The notes under the pieces: model-generated | Database searches by the model: none | Seen by the model: the letters and a program-made list of their open reading frames with translations, nothing else | What the model was told of the DNA's origin: nothing | Source of the DNA: Bacteroidales bacterium | Lineage (GTDB): Bacteria; Bacteroidota; Bacteroidia; Bacteroidales; WCHB1-69 | Direction: 5' to 3' | Length of the DNA: 64,000 nucleotides | NCBI GenBank assembly: GCA_031553535.1 | Contig: JAVBLM010000019.1 | Span: forward strand, 154,128 to 218,127 | Made by a program: the position numbers and the translations under genes | Shown: piece after piece, positions 50,066-60,457 of the stretch | Position numbering within the stretch: position 1 is the first letter of the stretch | How the letters are laid out: each line of letters opens with the position of its first letter

Positions 50066-50941
50066 ATGAATAGTCGATTACTAGTTATATTAATCATGTT
50101 TAGCAGTTTGACTGCTTTTTCACAGACAAAACACTGCCTCCGTGCCAGTGGAACTGTCGGAATGAACTCTCTATTCTATAGTATAGATGGAGGATCAAGC
50201 AAACCTAAACTTGGTTTTGGTGGAAAATTTAACTATACTTATTATTTTACCCCTAACTGGGGGATTATGACAGGCGTTGAAGCATCTATGTATTCAACAG
50301 ACGGATATTTAGATGGTGCTTACATTTCCATTGATGATCAAATCGATGATGAAGGCGATGTCTATCGGAAAGATATCTATTTTAGAGACTGGCATGAAAA
50401 CGAAAAGATCCTCTTTGCCGAAATTCCGGTAATGCTTACCTATCAATATGATTTTGGCCTAAGAAAACGGAGAAAAATATACATCGACCTGGGAGTAAAA
50501 GTACAAGTTCCGCTAATTGCCAACTACAAAGTTACCAGTGGAGAATTGGAAATCCAAGGATATTATGAAAGATGGAATGTAACTCTTTTCGGGTTACCCA
50601 ACCATGGTTTTGGAACACAAGGAGCTAAAAACACCGCCGGTAAATTAAATATTCCGTTTAATATTTCCGCAACATTAGGGATAGGCTTCTCTTTCGAAGT
50701 TTCTAAAATGGTAGATATCTTCATAGGAGGCACTTTCGATTACGGTTTCATGAATATGAAAACCACCGATAATGGAGACTTGCTTTGTATGGACGCTAAT
50801 CAAAATCTGCAATATAACGGAATCCTCAACTCTTCGGCCATTGAAAAAGCAAATACGGTTTCCGTACAGGGAGAAGTTGGCGTACGTATTGCCGTAGGCA
50901 AACAAGGCCCTGGCGGAATTTACGGTTATCGTCACAAATAA
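50066..50941 (+). CDS. outer-membrane beta-barrel protein
   Basis: 291 aa with a signal peptide (SLTAFSQ), alternating amphipathic beta-strand pattern and an aromatic C-terminal region. Confidence 0.65.
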   Translation: MNSRLLVILIMFSSLTAFSQTKHCLRASGTVGMNSLFYSIDGGSSKPKLGFGGKFNYTYYFTPNWGIMTGVEASMYSTDGYLDGAYISIDDQIDDEGDVYRKDIYFRDWHENEKILFAEIPVMLTYQYDFGLRKRRKIYIDLGVKVQVPLIANYKVTSGELEIQGYYERWNVTLFGLPNHGFGTQGAKNTAGKLNIPFNISATLGIGFSFEVSKMVDIFIGGTFDYGFMNMKTTDNGDLLCMDANQNLQYNGILNSSAIEKANTVSVQGEVGVRIAVGKQGPGGIYGYRHK

Positions 50942-51290
50942 GATCGAAAGCCATGCTGATGTCCCTTTCTGATTCACGTTAATTTAGCGACAGAAGTTAT
51001 ACAGGCTATACAAAATTACAGGAAGTCATAAATAATGGTGAATGATTAATGATAAATGGTTAATTCCGCTTTTTGTTTTCTTCCTTTTCAACTGTCTTTT
51101 TATTATTAATTAGTAGCTGAATATATTTTTTCCGCCAATCTCCCGGATTTTTCCCTGAATCTTACATTTTGAATCTTGAATTTACCATTAATCACTATTT
51201 CTATAACTTGTGTAACTTCTTATAACTTGCGCAACTTCTATCGGCGAAGAAATATTTTTCCGGATTTACGCTTTGTAAAGAGAGAAATGG

Positions 51291-51298
51291 TATATTTG
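51291..51298 (+). promoter_or_regulatory. candidate -7 promoter box (TATATTTG)
   Basis: Matches TAnnTTTG, 34 nt upstream of ATG 51332. Confidence 0.4.
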
Positions 51299-51331
51299 TG
51301 GACAAATTTTAAGAATAATCGAAAGCGAACC

Positions 51332-52618
51332 ATGAATACACTCAATACTTCTAAAACAAGATTATTAATAATCGCACTGTTGCTGGTAACTTTATCCGGA
51401 TCGGTTTTCGCCCAAAAAGGTAAATCAAAAAATGAGAAAGTAGTTGATACAACTATTGTATCGGAGGAGAATATACCCGCCGACGTTTTTAAAACATATA
51501 AAAAACGGTATGCAACAGCCGTCGATCCTGTTTGGAGATTCTATAAAGATGTACAAATATATAAAGTCAACTGTGTATACCGGAATATTCCTTCCGTAAT
51601 ATCCTATACAAAGGAAGGAAACTGGATTGAAACTATTGAAGAATGGGAAATTGACAGATTGCCTTCGGCTTGTATAAAAAGTATTAATTTATATTATAAC
51701 GACTACGAGATTAATTCAGTTCAAAAAATACTCGACAGCAGTAAAAACGACCTATTTATCGTAGGAATCTTCGAGAAACAAAATATAAAAAAGAAACTTG
51801 AAACAACAGTATACCTGGATAAGTCAGGAAAATATATTCGATCGGAAGAGCCCGTCGAAACAGATGCAGATGGAACAGGGACAAGTAAGGCCGATAAAAA
51901 GCAAGCGAAAGAAGATGAAAGATTGAAGAAGGAATTCGAAAAAGACAGACGATTAGATATCTATCCTACAAAATTAACGGAAGAGGAACTTCCGCCTTCT
52001 ATTCAAAGATGGGTAAAGGTAAATTATCCTGATTATGTTTATAAAGATATCGCATACGAAGAATACGATGAGTTTGAAAATGAAGGGAATGTTTATCAAA
52101 TCGTGATACAGAGAACCGGAATTAATCAACCGCACGCAACCGTTTGGTTTACCAGGGATGGGGATTTTCTGAAACTGGAAGACCTCTTTAAAGAAGAAAC
52201 CCAAAACGAAGAACAACAAGCTGAGGAACCGGTTCCTGTAGTGAAGCGAGAAGTAAAACCGGAAACAGTTACCGCCTTTGAGACCAAATATCCCCGGGCA
52301 AAAAACACCTCCTGGGAAGAAGATGAAGACGGGAATTGGGTTGCTTCCTATACGGATCAATACGGGGAAAACCAGGCTACATTCTCAGATAAATCCTCCG
52401 AATGGATGTATACAAAAACACGTGTTTCCGATGTAAACAGAATCCCATCAGCGATACGTACATATATCGATAAAAATTACCCTAAACAGGAGATAACACA
52501 AGGGTGGTCGATAAAAACGCCTGACACAAAACCGTATTATACTGTTGAATTATACTATAAAAAGATGAAATCAACAGAATATCTTGATTTCTGGACAACC
52601 GGAAAGCCTAAAGAATAA
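51332..52618 (+). CDS. PepSY-like (DUF2874) repeat secreted protein
   Basis: 428 aa from ATG 51332 (MNTLNTSKTRLLIIALLLVTLSGSVFAQ signal peptide). It carries four copies of the P..v...f...YP module (IPADVFKTYKKRY, LPPSIQRWVKVNYPDY, VTAFETKYPRAK, IPSAIRTYIDKNYPKQ) and an acidic/Lys-rich linker. Confidence 0.7.
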   Translation: MNTLNTSKTRLLIIALLLVTLSGSVFAQKGKSKNEKVVDTTIVSEENIPADVFKTYKKRYATAVDPVWRFYKDVQIYKVNCVYRNIPSVISYTKEGNWIETIEEWEIDRLPSACIKSINLYYNDYEINSVQKILDSSKNDLFIVGIFEKQNIKKKLETTVYLDKSGKYIRSEEPVETDADGTGTSKADKKQAKEDERLKKEFEKDRRLDIYPTKLTEEELPPSIQRWVKVNYPDYVYKDIAYEEYDEFENEGNVYQIVIQRTGINQPHATVWFTRDGDFLKLEDLFKEETQNEEQQAEEPVPVVKREVKPETVTAFETKYPRAKNTSWEEDEDGNWVASYTDQYGENQATFSDKSSEWMYTKTRVSDVNRIPSAIRTYIDKNYPKQEITQGWSIKTPDTKPYYTVELYYKKMKSTEYLDFWTTGKPKE

Positions 52619-52625
52619 CCGTTAT

Positions 52626-54446
52626 ATGAAGCTTCTGGAGTTGCTTGCCCCTGCTAAAAACCTGTCGGGAGGGAAAAAAGCAATAAATTATGGTGCCGAT
52701 GCGGTGTATATAGGTGCTGATCGTTTTGGCGCAAGAAAACAGGCAGGGAACAGCCTGCCGGATATTGCAGCTTTAATAGGATATGCTCATTTATATCGAT
52801 CCAAAGTATATATTACATTAAATACACTATTCTATCAGGAAGAACTGGAGGATGTTCATAAACTGATCGTCGAATTATACAATATTGGTGCGGACGCTTT
52901 GATAATTCAGGATGTTGCCATATTGGAAATGGACTTACCTCCCATACCTATCCATGCAAGTACCCAGATGCATAATTCGGATCTCCTGAAAATAAAATTC
53001 TGGGAAGAAAACGGCTTCAAACGTGTCGTCTTAGCCAGGGAATTGCTGCCCTCTGAAATCTCAACGATCCGGGCAAATACGAATATTGAGTTGGAATGCT
53101 TCATTCACGGTGCATTATGTGTTTGTTATAGCGGACAATGTTATCTGAGTGAATATATTGGTGGCAGGAGTGCCAATCGTGGCATGTGTGCTCAGCCCTG
53201 CCGGTTGCCTTATAATCTATTGGATAAAAATAAACAGAAGATCATTGAAAACAAGCATTTGTTATCGTTGAAGGATATGAACAGAGCAGAGTATCTCTCC
53301 GGTTTAATACATGCAGGAGTAAGTTCTTTTAAAATAGAAGGACGATTAAAAGATGAACCCTACATTACAAATGTGGTGAGTTATTACCGTCAATTACTGG
53401 ATGATTTTATGACGGGGAATAACGGCGGATACAAAAAGGCATCTATCGGGAATACCCTTGTATCCTTCATGCCGGATGTGGAAAAAACATTTAACCGGGG
53501 TTATATTCCTTATTTTATAGATGAACATTCTTCCGGCCTGGCCAACTTCGACACACCGAAATCACTGGGGAAATACATCGGGAAAGTTGATAAGATACAA
53601 CAAAATGCCTTCCATCTAAACACAACAGAAACCATAATCAACGGGGACGGACTATGTTGGATAACAGGGGAAGGATTATTAGACGGATCAAATGTAGATT
53701 CCGTAGACGGTAATTGGATAAAAAAAACAAACAACCATACGCCTGCCGTTGGAACCGAAGTGTTTCGAAATTATGATCATGCATTTATTTCCATGCTTGG
53801 GAATGATAAGGCAACCCGCAGGATTAAATGTACCTTTTTATTGGAAGAATCCCCCGGTGGTTTTGTTTTACGCTTGACAGATGAGCAAAACAACCAAACA
53901 ACTATTGATTTTCCTTTACAAAAAGAGCTTGCCAGGAATCCTGAATCAGCACAGCAAAACATAATCAATCAGTTGAAAAAATCAGGAGATTCTATTTTTG
54001 TTGTTGATCAGGTGTTTCTAAACCTGGATAATGATTATTTTTTCCCGATATCGGCATTAAATGCCATGCGCCGGAAAGCATTCGAATACCATGAACGGTT
54101 TTTACTTCAATCATACACTCCGGTAAGGATTGAATACAAAAAAAACCGCACAAAATATCCGCTCCATCCTGTTGATTTCCGGTTAAATGTAACGAACCCG
54201 TTAGCAGAACAATTTTACAGGGACAGAGGGGCGGAAACGGATAAATTATTTTTGGAAGAACCTGTAAATTGGAAGGGCAAAATCATATTTACCTCAAAGT
54301 ATTGCCTGCGCAGGGAACTGAACAGTTGTCTGAAAAAGAACCATGGGAAAAACGCACAAGATCCTTTCTATTTGAGTTATAATGATTACCTGTTCCGCCT
54401 GCAATTCGATTGCGGCAAGTGTTGTATGCACCTTATTGCCGAATAA
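52626..54446 (+). CDS. peptidase U32 family protein (with C-terminal DUF3656-like extension)
   Basis: 606 aa from ATG 52626 (MKLLELLAPAKN). It has U32 motifs, the Cys cluster ECFIHGALCVCYSGQCYLS...MCAQPCR, and SFKIEGR. Confidence 0.85.
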   Translation: MKLLELLAPAKNLSGGKKAINYGADAVYIGADRFGARKQAGNSLPDIAALIGYAHLYRSKVYITLNTLFYQEELEDVHKLIVELYNIGADALIIQDVAILEMDLPPIPIHASTQMHNSDLLKIKFWEENGFKRVVLARELLPSEISTIRANTNIELECFIHGALCVCYSGQCYLSEYIGGRSANRGMCAQPCRLPYNLLDKNKQKIIENKHLLSLKDMNRAEYLSGLIHAGVSSFKIEGRLKDEPYITNVVSYYRQLLDDFMTGNNGGYKKASIGNTLVSFMPDVEKTFNRGYIPYFIDEHSSGLANFDTPKSLGKYIGKVDKIQQNAFHLNTTETIINGDGLCWITGEGLLDGSNVDSVDGNWIKKTNNHTPAVGTEVFRNYDHAFISMLGNDKATRRIKCTFLLEESPGGFVLRLTDEQNNQTTIDFPLQKELARNPESAQQNIINQLKKSGDSIFVVDQVFLNLDNDYFFPISALNAMRRKAFEYHERFLLQSYTPVRIEYKKNRTKYPLHPVDFRLNVTNPLAEQFYRDRGAETDKLFLEEPVNWKGKIIFTSKYCLRRELNSCLKKNHGKNAQDPFYLSYNDYLFRLQFDCGKCCMHLIAE

Positions 54447-54654
54447 TTGAGAGGATTTAACGTTACAAATTCAAGATTCAACGTTCAAGATTATAAATAA
54501 TTTTTCTGCATTTTATCTATTTTATCTGCTTTATCTGCTTTATCGATTTTATCAGTTTAATTTTTCCCGCAGACCCCGCAGATTTTCCGCAGATTTTTTA
54601 TTGTAAAATTCGCATTACTAATTCTTAATTCTTAATTTTTAATTCTTAATTCTC

Positions 54655-55150
54655 CAGAGCAGGCGTTCAGATGCCTTAGATACCTGCTTGCAATTCCGGA
54701 CAAAGGTTCAGGAACTCCTGAATACCTGTTTTCAATCTCAGACAAGTATCCGGGAAGTCTCGAAACCCTGTTTCCAGTTCCGGACAATGGTTCAGGAAGC
54801 CCTGGAACCCAGTTTGAAAATTCAAACAAGGAATACAAAAGGGGAAAAACCCTGTTTAAAAATCTAAACAGGGAATATCGCAGATGGAAAACCCTGTTTG
54901 AAAATCCAAACAAGGAATTCCACAGGAGGAAAACCCTGTTTGAAAATTCAAACAGGTAATACCATGACAAAGACTGCCTGTTTGAAAATCAAAACAGGAT
55001 TCATTACGGCAAAGACTGCCTGTTTAAAAATAAAAACAGGGTACATTACGACAAAGGCTGCCTGTTTAGAAATAAAAACAGGGTACACTATGACAAAGGC
55101 TGCCTGTTTGAAAATCAAAACAGGGTCTGTTGCAATGGAAAGAACCGGGA
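54655..55150. repeat. tandem array D: 42-bp unit x ~11.8, two diverged sub-families in one strict register
   Basis: CCTG anchors at 54683, 54725, 54767, 54851, 54893, 54935, 54977, 55019, 55061 and 55103 are all multiples of 42 apart. The right-hand units are GCCTGTTTGAAAATCAAAACAGG+19 nt (inverted repeat CCTGTTT/AAACAGG). The left-hand units carry the palindrome TTCAGGA-AC-TCCTGAA. Confidence 0.93.
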
Positions 55151-55207
55151 CAAAACCGTTTGCCCGTATTCCTTTTTCTTTCTTTTGCCTTTTCTGTTTT
55201 TTACTTT

Positions 55208-55500
55208 GAACTTGTCAAAAGTTGACACAAGAATCGATCTTTTGTCAGGGATTATCTCACTACGTTTCGATGCTCTCACCTGCTTCGCGCTCGGGTGCCA
55301 CGTCGCTCGTGCCTCATTCCTGCCTGACAGAGATCAGACCTCGCTCTTAATAACATATTGCCGTCATGCTGAACTTGTTTCAGCATCCCCGTTTTTAAGG
55401 GGATTGCGGATCAAGTCCGCAATGACGCTCTTAACTAATATATTACCATTATCATTTGCGATGAACGAAGTAATCCCTTAAATCAACTTTTGACAACTTT
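55208..55500. mobile_element. MITE-like element copy 2 (293 bp)
   Basis: Left end GAACTTGTCAAAAGTTGA (55208-55225), right end TCAACTTTTGACAAC (55483-55497). The four-way-junction core at 55363-55426 is inverted relative to copies 1 and 3, while the left subterminal arm (TTATCTCACTAC..GATGC.CTCACCTGCTTCGCG) keeps the same orientation. Confidence 0.78.
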
Positions 55501-55649
55501 TTTATAAAAACAATATAGCGAAAGGAAGAAATCAATCAAGAGAAAGGGAAAGATTTTTCTCTTTTAAGTTAGCCGGGTATTTTTCCGACGCCTCATTATA
55601 GGGCTTAACCATTTTAATATTGGCTTTTGCAAATCTCAATAAAAAATTA

Positions 55650-55657
55650 TACTTTTG
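55650..55657 (+). promoter_or_regulatory. candidate -7 promoter box (TACTTTTG) upstream of MITE copy 3 and the antiporter gene
   Basis: Matches TAnnTTTG. MITE copy 3 starts 17 nt downstream, and the next plus-strand gene starts at 56120. Confidence 0.35.
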
Positions 55658-55673
55658 CAAGTAATCATATAGT

Positions 55674-56009
55674 GAACTTGTCAAAAGTTGATATAAAATG
55701 AATAAAGGTTATCTCACTACATGTCGATGCACTCACCTGCTTCGCGTCCGGATGCTTCGTCGTTCCTCCTTACAATGGCGGAAGTGTGTCATTGCGGACT
55801 TGATCCGCAATCCCCTTAAAAACGGGGATGCTGAAACAAGTTCAGCATGACGGTAGCAGGTTTATTCAGAGCGAGAACCGAAATCCGAAGGATTCGGTAT
55901 AGCCAACCACCCGAGCCACGGAGTGTAGCGATTGCATCGACACGTAGCGAGATAACCGAACTTGCGAGCTCAATGGAGTTAACCTCCGGTATCAACTTTT
56001 GACAAGTTC
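55674..56009. mobile_element. MITE-like element copy 3 (336 bp)
   Basis: Perfect 18-bp terminal inverted repeats (55674-55691 and 55992-56009). It has ~30-bp subterminal inverted repeats (GGTTATCTCACTACATGTCGATGCA / TGCATCGACACGTAGCGAGATAACC) and the core at 55788-55851. Confidence 0.82.
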
Positions 56010-56119
56010 AATAATAGCTTGGAATCGTAATATATCGGAATCAAATAAACAAATAAATATAGAATAATGTGAACATTACTACTACTACACGGAGTTTAAT
56101 GTGTCTTTAGATAGTCTGC

Positions 56120-57589
56120 ATGGGAATAACCTTTGAAAATGCGCTTTTAGTCCTTTCGATTTTACTGTTTGTTTCCCTTATCGGAGGGAAAACATCTTAC
56201 CGGTTTGGCGTTCCCGTATTAATTTTTTTTCTTGCTTTAGGAATGATAACCGGTTCGGAAGGTCTTGGCGGTATTTATTTTGATAATCCCAATGTTGCCC
56301 AGAACTTAGGGATCGTCGCCTTGAATTTTATTCTTTTTTCCGGCGGGCTGAGTACCAATTGGAAGTTTATAAAACCCGTTTTATGGCAAGGAATCAGTTT
56401 ATCTACATTAGGGGTATTACTTACGGCTATTTCTGTAGGTCTCTTTGTCTGGTTACTGACAGATTTCTCCATCTATGAAGGATTATTATTGGGTTCGATA
56501 ATATCATCAACCGATTCTGCTGCCGTTTTTTCTATTTTACGTTCTAAAAACTTATCATTGAAAGGTTATTTGCGTCCTGTGTTAGAATTAGAAAGCGGAA
56601 GCAACGATCCTATGGCTTATGTTTTGACGATTACGTTTCTAACACTTATCACAACTCCGGAAATGAGTTTATTGGGAGCGATTCCTATCTTTCTGCAACA
56701 AATCGGACTCGGTATAATATTTGGATTTGCAATGGGATGGATCGGGAAAAAAGTAATTAATAATATACGGTTAGATTACGAAGGAATGTACCCTGTGTTA
56801 ATGATCGTAATCATGTTTTTTGCTTTCTCATTTACTAATTTCCTGGGAGGAAACGGATTCCTGGCTATTTATTTATCTGCAGTATATCTCGGAAATCAAG
56901 ATATTATACATAAACAACAAATTATAAAGTGGTTTGACGGGTTTGCATGGTTAATGCAGATTTTGTTATTCCTAACGCTGGGGCTTCTTGTTTTTCCTTC
57001 CCACCTTATCGCAGTAGCAGGAATAGGATTGCTGATATCCCTGTTTTTAATGTTTGTAGCACGTCCAATCAGTGTATTCATCAGTTTATCATTTTTCAAA
57101 ACATCGATACGTTACCGTAGCTTTATTTCATGGGTAGGACTCCGGGGTGCGGTTCCCATTGTATTTGCCACCTACCCCATGATTGCGGGCTTGCCTATTG
57201 CCGAGACAATTTTCAATATTGTATTTTTTGTTTCGTTAACTTCCCTGTTTTTGCAGGGAACTACCTTATCGCAGGTAGCAAAATGGATGGGATTACTTGA
57301 AGAAGATGTTCCCAATGTGGATATGCCTCTGACCATTCTAGAAAATGATAATATCCGTTCTAAATTAACGGAAATTGTACTTACCCAGGATAGCTTTGCC
57401 ATTAATCGACGAATTGTAGATTTAGAAATACCGAAAGATATTCTAATTGCATTGATTCATCGGGGAGACGAGTATCTGATTCCGAATGGATCTACCGAAC
57501 TGGAGGAAGGTGACCAGTTGTTTTTAGTATCGGGAGATCAAAAAGCAATTTATCGTGCGTTTTATAATGATATTGATGAAGATGAATAG
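56120..57589 (+). CDS. potassium/proton antiporter (CPA1, NhaP2/CvrA-like) with C-terminal TrkA_C domain
   Basis: 489 aa with ~12 TM helices of Na_H_exchanger type (SSTDSAAVFSILR) and a C-terminal RCK_C-like domain (LIPNGSTELEEGDQLFLV). Confidence 0.85.
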   Translation: MGITFENALLVLSILLFVSLIGGKTSYRFGVPVLIFFLALGMITGSEGLGGIYFDNPNVAQNLGIVALNFILFSGGLSTNWKFIKPVLWQGISLSTLGVLLTAISVGLFVWLLTDFSIYEGLLLGSIISSTDSAAVFSILRSKNLSLKGYLRPVLELESGSNDPMAYVLTITFLTLITTPEMSLLGAIPIFLQQIGLGIIFGFAMGWIGKKVINNIRLDYEGMYPVLMIVIMFFAFSFTNFLGGNGFLAIYLSAVYLGNQDIIHKQQIIKWFDGFAWLMQILLFLTLGLLVFPSHLIAVAGIGLLISLFLMFVARPISVFISLSFFKTSIRYRSFISWVGLRGAVPIVFATYPMIAGLPIAETIFNIVFFVSLTSLFLQGTTLSQVAKWMGLLEEDVPNVDMPLTILENDNIRSKLTEIVLTQDSFAINRRIVDLEIPKDILIALIHRGDEYLIPNGSTELEEGDQLFLVSGDQKAIYRAFYNDIDEDE

Positions 57590-59666
57590 AACAAATGTAA
57601 TTTCCGTTGCAATACTTTTAATTCACATTGTTGTTATTATATTGTATCATGTTTTTGGATACATTGGCCATTACGGATACGATGATATACAGTATGCAAA
57701 ACTGTCAAGCGATTTAATAAATGGCCAGATAGACTATAATGATCACTTTGTATATAGAACTCCGGTTATTCTACTTACGGCATTATCCTATCTGGTTTTT
57801 GGAATCAATGACCTTGCGTCCTCTCTTCCGTCGCTTTTTATTACCATAGGAATTCTTATATGCATCTTCTTTTTATTAAAGGAAAAAGGGAACATTCCAT
57901 TAATAATAGGTTTGTCTTTAACTACATTCTCGAACTGGTTTATATTTTATTCCGATAAATTAATGCCGGATATATATGTCGCCTTTTTTGTTATACTATC
58001 CCTATTCATTTTACATTCGTATAAATTTAAAACGGCAAAGAAAAAACCATTTCTATATGCTTCCTTATTTTCATTGGCCTTATTTTTTGGCTTCTTGTCA
58101 AAAGGCACAATTGTATTGATATTACCACTCTTACTTTATTATCTTATCGTAGATATTTTATGTAAAAGAGATATTCGATTCTGGGTATATACCCTGTTTA
58201 CAGGGTTAGCATTTCTTGTGATCTATTTCTTTATTATATGGTTGTTAACCGGAGATTTTTTCAAGCGGTTTGATGCTATCACAAGCAATAGTTATTTGAA
58301 TTTATGTAGTTATGATCAGCAATCCTGGAAAGTCCTGTTAAAAAGAATCACTATTGACTTTTTTATGTTAATGATTCATCAGGGAATGATAACCGGTTTT
58401 ATTTTTGTTTTAGCATTCCTTCTTCGCAGGAATACTTTTTCCTATTACAAGCTGGATGATTCTTTTTCGTTTTTCCTTATTTCCGCTCTGATTCTTTTTC
58501 TTTCCTCTAATTTTATGACGATATCTATATCTTCATATTCTCCAATGTGTTTAGATCCCCGGCATTATTTATTCCTGATACCTGTTGTGGCTGTGCCTGC
58601 GTCATTAATTATCACCGGTTTTATAAAAGAAAAGAAATACGCCTTTCAGATAATAGGCATACTGCTATTAATAGCTGCGATTGCCTTTGTTACAAAAAAT
58701 AGTTCCTGCTGGAAATTATATTTGCCGTTAACTTTATTATTCGGGATATATTTCTTTATTAAAGACAGCAATAAATACCGAACTGTTTTTATCCTCGGTT
58801 TTATTTTTATCCTGGCAATCATTCCTTTTGACATGATAAGATACGCACAAAAGGTAAATTATCCTGAACAAAGAGAAATAATCAACCAACATATATTATC
58901 AATAAATGAAGATTGTTACATCATAACAGATGAAGTGCAAAACCGGTTAGGGAATTATTATTGTGGATTTAATAATAATTCGAATATCCATTTCCTGTCA
59001 TACCATCAATTTGATATCGACTCCCTGGATATGAACAAAAGGAAGATACTATATTTGAATAACTACACCTGTAATTTGTCCGGTTATGATTTTAATGACT
59101 TACCCTATTATGCACAGATAATCGACACGGCAAATATCCTGCTCTTTGCAGATAAAGAACTGGGCATCTCTATTTATGAAATGAATACCCTTTCAGACCC
59201 TTCTTCTACAGGAATTTTACTTTTAGAATCATCTGCCTCCTTCGAACATGGCGTTCTTCCCCATTGGAATATCAACGATAATGAATTAGTTAATAAAGAT
59301 GGAAAACGAGTGAATAAAGTGACGGAGTATTCCGCTACATTCTCCTATCCTGTTGATTCGTTACTTGCTGATCTAAATTCGAATTTATTAATATCATGTG
59401 AATTGCAATCATATTTCGAAGATAAAACAGAAGCAATGCTGGTAATTTCCATTGAGGATCACGAAAATTCATATATCTGGAAGGGAATTAATGTTAATAA
59501 ATATATCCGGGCATATTCAAACTGGCAATTGCTGAAATTGAATACGGTCATACCTGAAAATGAAATAAAAGAACATTCGATAATGAAGATCTATTTATGG
59601 AATAAAGACAAGAAAACAGCTTATATCGATGATTTTGTAATTAAAATAATTACTTCGGAAAACTAA
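57582..59666 (+). CDS. GT-C fold membrane glycosyltransferase (family 39 / ArnT-PMT-like) with C-terminal soluble domain
   Basis: 694 aa from ATG 57582 (an ATGAATAG overlap with the antiporter stop). It has >10 TM helices, an acidic first-loop motif YGYDDIQY, and a ~270-aa non-membrane C-terminus. Confidence 0.6.
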   Translation: MNRTNVISVAILLIHIVVIILYHVFGYIGHYGYDDIQYAKLSSDLINGQIDYNDHFVYRTPVILLTALSYLVFGINDLASSLPSLFITIGILICIFFLLKEKGNIPLIIGLSLTTFSNWFIFYSDKLMPDIYVAFFVILSLFILHSYKFKTAKKKPFLYASLFSLALFFGFLSKGTIVLILPLLLYYLIVDILCKRDIRFWVYTLFTGLAFLVIYFFIIWLLTGDFFKRFDAITSNSYLNLCSYDQQSWKVLLKRITIDFFMLMIHQGMITGFIFVLAFLLRRNTFSYYKLDDSFSFFLISALILFLSSNFMTISISSYSPMCLDPRHYLFLIPVVAVPASLIITGFIKEKKYAFQIIGILLLIAAIAFVTKNSSCWKLYLPLTLLFGIYFFIKDSNKYRTVFILGFIFILAIIPFDMIRYAQKVNYPEQREIINQHILSINEDCYIITDEVQNRLGNYYCGFNNNSNIHFLSYHQFDIDSLDMNKRKILYLNNYTCNLSGYDFNDLPYYAQIIDTANILLFADKELGISIYEMNTLSDPSSTGILLLESSASFEHGVLPHWNINDNELVNKDGKRVNKVTEYSATFSYPVDSLLADLNSNLLISCELQSYFEDKTEAMLVISIEDHENSYIWKGINVNKYIRAYSNWQLLKLNTVIPENEIKEHSIMKIYLWNKDKKTAYIDDFVIKIITSEN

Positions 59667-59705
59667 ACCGGATTGATTAAGCGCTATCTACCCCAAATTA
59701 TAAAG

Positions 59706-60293
59706 CTATAAATATCTAATTACTTTACAGGGATTCCCCACCGCAAGGCAATTGGATGGTATTGATTTTGTGACTACACTCCCCGCCCCTATTGTTGTGT
59801 TATCACCGATAGTAATACCCGCCAAAAGAACAGAACCTCCTCCTATCCATACATTACTCCCAATTGTTACAGGTGCAGTATATGATTTCCATAACACAGA
59901 TGATGAATCATTCTCTTTTTTCAGTAAACGTTGTTGAGGATTTACAGGATGTGTGACCGCATAAATCTGAACATTAGGCCCTATTCCGGAATTACTTCCA
60001 ATTGTAATTTTATTACAGTCCAGAAAGACGCAATTCATATTTATCTCACAATTATCTCCGATATGAATATTTTCTCCATAATCAACGAAGAAGGGAGGAG
60101 CAATTAAGACATTGTTTCCTTTTGTTCCCAACAATTGTAACAGAACCTGGTCGCGGGCTTCCACATTACGGGTGTCCAATTGATTGTATTTACTGGTCAA
60201 TTCTTTTGCCAAATGCCATCGGGCAATTAATTCAGGGTCGGTAAAATCATATATTTCGCCTGCAAGCATCTTTTCTTTTTCTGTTTTCACCAT
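59706..60293 (-). CDS. sugar O-acetyltransferase (maltose/galactoside acetyltransferase family)
   Basis: 195 aa with the Mac N-terminal domain (KMLAGEIYDFTDPELIARWHLAKEL) and left-handed beta-helix hexapeptide repeats. Confidence 0.85.
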   Translation of the reverse strand: MVKTEKEKMLAGEIYDFTDPELIARWHLAKELTSKYNQLDTRNVEARDQVLLQLLGTKGNNVLIAPPFFVDYGENIHIGDNCEINMNCVFLDCNKITIGSNSGIGPNVQIYAVTHPVNPQQRLLKKENDSSSVLWKSYTAPVTIGSNVWIGGGSVLLAGITIGDNTTIGAGSVVTKSIPSNCLAVGNPCKVIRYL

Positions 60294-60457
60294 ATATTTA
60301 TCTTTTTAAAAACAACATCTTTGTTTTAGCGTAACATTACAGCTTCATTTTATAACATGACTGTCATAAGAATAGATTTATCCATGCAAAAATACAATTA
60401 ATTATAAGTTATCAGGGTAATGTATCATTTCAATTTTACAGATTCAGCAGAAAAGTG

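Noticed and set aside
54632-55481. ORFs 54632-54970(-), 54898-55209(+) and 55185-55481(+)
   Set aside because: They cover array D and MITE copy 2. The repeat-derived periodic peptides and MITE sequence give no support for coding.
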